Positions 6,898 through 12,092 of a stretch of 12,092 nucleotides of DNA are shown in pieces; the first letter of the stretch is position 1; each line of letters opens with the position of its first letter. The stretch comes from Candidatus Hydrogenedentota bacterium (GTDB lineage Bacteria; Hydrogenedentota; Hydrogenedentia; Hydrogenedentales; GCA-2746185), in NCBI GenBank assembly GCA_046583315.1, contig JAYGCN010000077.1, positions 1 through 12,092 of the forward strand. The letters are read 5' to 3'. Position numbers and translations under genes: made by a program. The notes beneath the pieces are model-generated. The model was not told the DNA's origin. It saw only the letters and a list, made by a program, of their open reading frames with translations, and made no database searches.

Positions 6898-8233
6898 TCG
6901 ACTTTTTGGAACGGACGGCATTCGCGGCAAAGCGAATGTGTATCCGATGAACGTGGAGACGGCGTTGCAGGTTGGGCGTGCGGCGGGATACTATTTTCAG
7001 CAGGATGATCGACCACACACCATTCTGATTGGCAAGGATACGCGGAAGTCGGGGTACATGCTGGAGAATGCGTTGACGGCAGGACTGTGTTCGATGGGCG
7101 TGAATGTCGAACTGGTGGGGCCGCTACCGACACCCGGCGTGTCGTATATCATGCGAAGTCTGCGCGCCGATGCGGCTATCATGATTTCTGCGTCGCACAA
7201 CCCTTATGAAGACAACGGGATCAAATTTTTTGGCCCCGACGGATTCAAACTGCCCGATAATGTGGAAGACGAAATTGAACATTTGGTCAAAAGCGACGTG
7301 CTGGATAACATGCGACCGACGGGGGATAGAATCGGTTGGGCAAAACGTATTGACGACGCTGTCGGACGCTATATTGAATACGCCAAATCGACCTTTCCCA
7401 AGGGCATGCGCCTGGATGGCTTGAAGATTGTTGTGGACTGCGCGCACGGAGCGACTTATAAGGTTGGACCGAACGCCTTACGTGAACTGGGTGCCGAAGT
7501 GATCTCGATTGGCGATGCGCCCGATGGTAAAAACATCAACGATTCCTGCGGGTCGATGGAGCCGATGGTGATGCAGCGGCATGTGTCCGGGGAGAAAGCC
7601 GACTTGGGAATTGCCTTCGACGGGGATGGTGATCGGGTCGTGTTTGCCGATGAGACCGGCGCCTTACTTGATGGAAATGCGCTCATCAGCATTCTGGCCG
7701 TGGATTTGCTGGAAAGGGAGTTGTTGCCGACGAAAACGATTGTCACGACCATTATGGCCAACGGGGGGCTCGCCAATGCGATCGCTCCGCTCGGCGGAAA
7801 AATTTTACACACGCGCGTGGGTGATCGTTATGTGGTGGAAGCGATGCGTGAAGGCGGTATGTTGCTCGGCGGCGAATCGTCGGGTCACGTGATTATGCTT
7901 GAACACAACACGACGGGCGACGCATTGATTACGGCGTTGCAAATGCTGGCCGTGCTGATTCGAAAAGGAAAAAAACTATCCGAATTGGCATCGGTTTATG
8001 AAGCGATGCCAGAAGCGCATCAGAGTATCCCATTGAATGGGCAGGGAAAACCGTCGCAGGATAAACTGGACGCGATCACCGAGCGTGCGGAAGCCGAGTT
8101 GGCTGGAAAAGGCCGTGTCGTGATTCGACCTTCGGGCACCGAACCCATTGTGCGGGTGATGGTGCAACATGAATCGCAATCAGAGGCCGATTTATTGGTG
8201 GCGAAACTTTCCGACGAAGTCAGCGCGCTGTAA
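6890..8233 (+). CDS. glmM: Phosphoglucosamine mutase
   Basis: FGTDGIRG, ISASHNPYEDNGIKFF (catalytic Ser), FDGDGDR, GGESSGH, RPSGTEP; TTG start overlaps the folP end by 8 nt. Confidence 0.97.
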   Translation: MTDRLFGTDGIRGKANVYPMNVETALQVGRAAGYYFQQDDRPHTILIGKDTRKSGYMLENALTAGLCSMGVNVELVGPLPTPGVSYIMRSLRADAAIMISASHNPYEDNGIKFFGPDGFKLPDNVEDEIEHLVKSDVLDNMRPTGDRIGWAKRIDDAVGRYIEYAKSTFPKGMRLDGLKIVVDCAHGATYKVGPNALRELGAEVISIGDAPDGKNINDSCGSMEPMVMQRHVSGEKADLGIAFDGDGDRVVFADETGALLDGNALISILAVDLLERELLPTKTIVTTIMANGGLANAIAPLGGKILHTRVGDRYVVEAMREGGMLLGGESSGHVIMLEHNTTGDALITALQMLAVLIRKGKKLSELASVYEAMPEAHQSIPLNGQGKPSQDKLDAITERAEAELAGKGRVVIRPSGTEPIVRVMVQHESQSEADLLVAKLSDEVSAL

Positions 8234-8238
8234 TCACA

Positions 8239-9603
8239 CTATTTGTCGAAAGTAGACAATCCCCGCCAGGATTCCACGCCGTTTACCAGTTGATCCGCAC
8301 GAATCACGAAGGGCTCCCACGCAGGATAGGCGTGCACGTCGTAGAGATTGAAGGTAAGCGTCGGCACATCGCCTGTCATGTCGAAGGTGAGCAGCCCGAC
8401 ATTCTCGCGCGAGAATCCTGCACGAAGTCGCGCTTCGGGAAATCGATTCTTCCATCCGTCGCCGGAACTCTGGGCGAGCGGTGAACTCACCAGATCGTAG
8501 AAGTCGTAGCCGCCTTTGTCGGAGAAGGGGATGGCGTTGAGCTCGCCCACGTGGGTATCGCCGGAGACGGTGATGACGCCCGTGATTTCTTCATCAACAA
8601 TGTATTGGAAGAGGCGGTCACGTTCATGCAGATACGCCGCCCAGGAGTCGCCGCCGGGGCCTTTCGCTTTGGTCCAGCCGCTTCCGGACATCAATACTTT
8701 GAAGGGGGCCGTGCTCGCTTTGAGTTCTTTTTGCAGCCAGGCCATCTGCTTCTTGCCGAGCATCGTTTTGCTTTCGGTATCTGGTGCGTCGTTGGGATCG
8801 CGATAATAACGGCAGTCCACCATGAAAAAATCGACCCCGCCGTAGCTGTACTTGAAGAAGACACCGGGCGTGTCGGGCAGGCCATACGACGGATTGGCCC
8901 AGTATTGTTTGAAGACCTTGAGTGCCTCGTCTTTGATCGGATTCGTGCGGTCGTGATCGTTCAGGCCGAAATCATGGTCGTCCCAAATCGCCAGCTGGGG
9001 AATGTTACGCATCACCGGTCGATAATTCGGCACGTCGCGCATGCGTCGGTATTCTTCGGCGAGAACTTCCGGCACGAGGGAGTCGCCATAGATGTTGTCG
9101 CCGGTCCAGATGAAGAGGTCGGGGTTGAGTTTACTGACCACCTTCCAGATGGGCTGATTCTGGTCGCGCTGCCATCGCTGGCACGATCCGATGGCGACGG
9201 TGAATCGGGTTTTGGCTTCGGGGTCCGGCGCGGTGGAAAAGGTGAAGGGCATGATGTCGCCGATGTAGGCGTCGTTGCCGCCGTTGACGGAAATGGTGTA
9301 TTCGTAGGTTTCTCCCGGTTTGAGGCCGGTCAGGGTATGCACGACAATGAGATCGTTGTCGATGGAGGCGGTGATGGAGTCTGAACGACGATTGGGTCCT
9401 GAAGCGCCCGCTTCTTTATAGCGCACACGCGTCGGGAATTCGCCACCCACGCGCATCCAGATCAAGGCTTCGGTCGGGGAAACCGTGCCGACCATGGGGC
9501 CTTGCGACAGACGGGCGGTACCGGTCTCGCTACGGGCCGCGTCAGCGACGTTCCATCCACACACCAGCAAGCATGTAATCACAGCCAAAGCAAATCGTTT
9601 CAT
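8239..9603 (-). CDS. phoD: PhoD-family alkaline phosphatase/phosphodiesterase with N-terminal signal peptide
   Basis: GDNIYGD, WDDHDFG.ND, DCRYYR, TMLG..Q..WL, SGDTH. AAGAGGA SD before ATG at 9603; signal peptide MKRFALAVITCLLVCGWNVADA. Confidence 0.9.
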   Translation of the reverse strand: MKRFALAVITCLLVCGWNVADAARSETGTARLSQGPMVGTVSPTEALIWMRVGGEFPTRVRYKEAGASGPNRRSDSITASIDNDLIVVHTLTGLKPGETYEYTISVNGGNDAYIGDIMPFTFSTAPDPEAKTRFTVAIGSCQRWQRDQNQPIWKVVSKLNPDLFIWTGDNIYGDSLVPEVLAEEYRRMRDVPNYRPVMRNIPQLAIWDDHDFGLNDHDRTNPIKDEALKVFKQYWANPSYGLPDTPGVFFKYSYGGVDFFMVDCRYYRDPNDAPDTESKTMLGKKQMAWLQKELKASTAPFKVLMSGSGWTKAKGPGGDSWAAYLHERDRLFQYIVDEEITGVITVSGDTHVGELNAIPFSDKGGYDFYDLVSSPLAQSSGDGWKNRFPEARLRAGFSRENVGLLTFDMTGDVPTLTFNLYDVHAYPAWEPFVIRADQLVNGVESWRGLSTFDK

Positions 9604-9784
9604 CGTAAATTTCCTCTTTGTAAATCTTGTTTCCAAACAGTGTACTCCATTATTATCGAACCCCTTACTTTTTCTTTGATAAGCAAAGGTAAGACCAATA
9701 GAGACTAGGAAATACGTTGTATTTCCTGATGAGAGGGCATCTGTTGATATTGAGGATACGCAGTATCCGTCAGTCTTTCTTTTG

Positions 9785-9817
9785 CTTCTTTTCTTTCTTC
9801 ATCAGAAAGAAAAGAAG
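9785..9817. repeat. Perfect 14-bp homopyrimidine/homopurine inverted repeat with 5-nt loop
   Basis: cttcttttctttct-tcatc-agaaagaaaagaag. Confidence 0.9.
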
Positions 9818-9838
9818 GGCACATAAAAGGTGTAGCGT

Positions 9839-10438
9839 ATGTCTTATAGGATTCGCCCGTATGGGCCCGAGGACTTTGACGCGGTGTATCGCGTGTGTCT
9901 GGAGACAGGCGATGCCGGGCAGGATGCGACGAAGATTTTCGAGGACCCGTTGTTGCTGGGGCATATCTACACGGGTCCCTACGTGATTTATCAGCCCGAT
10001 CTGGCCTTCGTGCTGGAGGATGATGAAGGCGTCTGCGGGTACACCTTGGGGGCACTGGATTCTGAAGCGTTCTACCGTCGGATGAATGACGAGTGGCTGG
10101 CGAAACTGCGTGAGGAATACGAGGATCCGGCTGGTGCGCGATCCAGTTGGACACCCGATCAGCAGTTGCAACACATCATCCATCATCCTCGCGAACCGGA
10201 ACTGTTTCCAGATTATCCCGCGCATCTGCACATTGATATCGTTGAGCGTGCACAGGGCAAGAAGATGGGTGGAAAGTTGATGGAAATGCTGATTCAGGCA
10301 TTGCGGGATAAAGGCTCGCCAGGCGTGCATCTCGGCATGGCCGTCACCAATGATCCCGCCTACGGGTTCTACATCAACTACGGCTTTCACGAGTTGAACC
10401 GCGATGACGACACGATTCACATGGCGATGAAACTTTAG
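9839..10438 (+). CDS. GNAT family N-acetyltransferase, resembling the O-GlcNAcase C-terminal acetyltransferase-like domain
   Basis: YRIRPY...VYRVCLETGDAG, AFVLEDDEGVCGYTLG, YPAHLHIDI..RAQGKKMG, GVHLGM...N..AYGFY...GF; AAAAGG SD. Confidence 0.88.
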   Translation: MSYRIRPYGPEDFDAVYRVCLETGDAGQDATKIFEDPLLLGHIYTGPYVIYQPDLAFVLEDDEGVCGYTLGALDSEAFYRRMNDEWLAKLREEYEDPAGARSSWTPDQQLQHIIHHPREPELFPDYPAHLHIDIVERAQGKKMGGKLMEMLIQALRDKGSPGVHLGMAVTNDPAYGFYINYGFHELNRDDDTIHMAMKL

Positions 10439-10450
10439 ACTGCAACGCGT

Positions 10451-11431
10451 CTATTTAAAGATGCGGTAGATTGGCCCGTCAATACCCAGGCCGCGTTTGG
10501 GCAGCAGATTGCCATCTCGATCCGTGCGCGGTGAGTATGGAAAGAGATGAGTATCTTCTTCGCCTGTCCTGCGCCCATTGTGATCAAAGTCATTTACGCC
10601 ATTGTCATCAGAATCGCGAGTCAGCATATAAAACGTGGCAAGTGCGGCGATATGATAGAGGTAGGCTTTGTCGTAATCGCTTGCATCAAGCCGATCAATA
10701 TCACTGCCGTAGCCGTAAATTAGTCCTTGAGTGTTGTTTGTGGCTCCGACACTCACCAACGCGAAGGCATCGTAAGATGCCGGCGGAAACGACATCTTAC
10801 CCTGTGTAATATCGGCATCCAGTGGAGAACTGTTATTGTGAAAATCGGGAAACCCGTCGCTGTTTTCATCCCAATACTTCTTCATCTTGCGGAATTGACG
10901 AAGATTGACCGGAACATAGATGAAAGGTCGCTGTCCAATAATGACTGTATTGTTGCGCCAGTCGATATCGTCGTCCTTGCCAGTGGGCCTGCCTTGTGCG
11001 TCGACCGGATAGTATTCCAGAACGTCGGTCCAGTTATTGTAATCAGTATCAGACGTTTCGAGTCCGAATACGTCAAAGTGCTCAACGCTACCGGCTAATT
11101 CGAGCGCGTACATATAGTGTTCCGATACAAACCACTCTTGGCCCGCAGGATCGTCCGGATCCAATGCCGCACGCTCAGCGGGAGTCAATTCCGAGAAGGC
11201 GTCTTTTGTCAGGAATCCGTACGCTGGAGGATAGCTCTTGTGATCAACGTAATACGCTGTCATCTCAGTCTCGAGTTGACGAATGGCGTCGACCGTCTTT
11301 GTTGTCTTTGCCATGCGGAAATAGCGCCCCATTCCGACAAACGTGAAACTGGCGAGGATTCCGATGATGGCAATGACAACGAGCAGTTCAACGAGGGTGA
11401 ATCCGCGTTTTTGAGTGTTTGAGCGGGACAT
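10451..11431 (-). CDS. Prepilin-type N-terminal cleavage/methylation domain protein (type II secretion pseudopilin / type IV pilin-like)
   Basis: KRG^FTLVELLVVIAIIGILAS class III signal, then a GspG-like helix ending ..AYYVDHKSYP. CAGGAG SD before ATG at 11431. Confidence 0.88.
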   Translation of the reverse strand: MSRSNTQKRGFTLVELLVVIAIIGILASFTFVGMGRYFRMAKTTKTVDAIRQLETEMTAYYVDHKSYPPAYGFLTKDAFSELTPAERAALDPDDPAGQEWFVSEHYMYALELAGSVEHFDVFGLETSDTDYNNWTDVLEYYPVDAQGRPTGKDDDIDWRNNTVIIGQRPFIYVPVNLRQFRKMKKYWDENSDGFPDFHNNSSPLDADITQGKMSFPPASYDAFALVSVGATNNTQGLIYGYGSDIDRLDASDYDKAYLYHIAALATFYMLTRDSDDNGVNDFDHNGRRTGEEDTHLFPYSPRTDRDGNLLPKRGLGIDGPIYRIFK

Positions 11432-11552
11432 AGGAGTTCTCCTGAATAGCGATAGTCTATGGAGCCATTCTAGCACGGGCGTTGACTTCTATCAACACCA
11501 AGTTGCTGAAAATAAACGGCTTAGCGCACTTTTCGCAGGTTAATTCGCACAA

Positions 11553-12092
11553 TTAGAGTTGCAGGTTTTTCTGGATGCTATCGACCGCGGTCTGGATGTC
11601 TTTTTTATGTCCAAACGCGCTTAATCGGAAGTAGCCTTCGCCGCTGGGTCCGAAGCCTGAGCCCGGTGTGCCGACGACATGGGTCTCGTTGAGCAACTGG
11701 TCAAAGAATTCCCATGAGCTAACGCCGCCGGGGGTCTTGAGCCACACGTAGGGCGCGTTCACGCCGCCGAAGCAGGTGATGCCCATGGCTTCAAGGGCTT
11801 GTTTGATGCATGTTGCGTTGGCCATGTAATAGGCGATGAGTTCCTGACATTCCTGTTGGCCTTGTTCGGACATGATGGCTAGGCCGCCGTACTGCACGAC
11901 GTTGGACGCGCCGTTGAACATGGTGGTTTGACGACGCAACCAGAGCTTGTTGATTTGACCGGGTTCGGAATCTTCGCCGATGAGCGATTGGGGCACCACG
12001 GTCCAGCCGAGGCGCACACCCGTGAAGCCGGCTTCTTTGGAGAAGCTGTTGATTTCGATGGCGCAGTCCTTGGCCCCTTCGACTTCGTAAAT
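11553..12092 (-). CDS. dapL: LL-diaminopimelate aminotransferase, C-terminal part; 5' truncated by window edge
   Basis: Frame open to the edge: [23 protein letters not shown] (PLP lysine), [45 protein letters not shown]. Confidence 0.95.
   Translation of the reverse strand: MYEVEGAKDCAIEINSFSKEAGFTGVRLGWTVVPQSLIGEDSEPGQINKLWLRRQTTMFNGASNVVQYGGLAIMSEQGQQECQELIAYYMANATCIKQALEAMGITCFGGVNAPYVWLKTPGGVSSWEFFDQLLNETHVVGTPGSGFGPSGEGYFRLSAFGHKKDIQTAVDSIQKNLQL

Noticed and set aside
4067..8233. ftsH-folP-glmM gene order as a novelty
   Set aside because: Well-known conserved arrangement (as in E. coli).
8551..9384. 277-aa plus-strand ORF
   Set aside because: Antisense shadow of phoD.
9726..9808. CTGATGAG resembling a hammerhead ribozyme core
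   Set aside because: Could not build stems II and III with a correctly placed GAAA and cleavage triplet.

Overview
Bacterial chromosomal window, mostly housekeeping and metabolic genes. Left to right: 3' end of an SDR (L-fucose dehydrogenase-like); an FkbM methyltransferase split by one in-frame TAG; an unannotated TAG-interrupted paralog of a small membrane protein; a short MscS; the intact small membrane protein; manC; a divergent ftsH-folP-glmM operon; phoD; a GNAT resembling the O-GlcNAcase acetyltransferase-like domain; an orphan prepilin-type protein; and the 3' end of dapL. The unexplained part is about 1150-2660. It holds two paralogous 68-codon tail-anchored membrane protein genes and a structured ~100-nt element whose partial second copy lies 487 bp away, so the two copies bracket the intact gene. 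The phoD/GNAT and manC/ftsH intergenic regions are also rich in inverted repeats, including a Y-Y'-R triplex-compatible motif. All calls come from manual reading; no searches were run.
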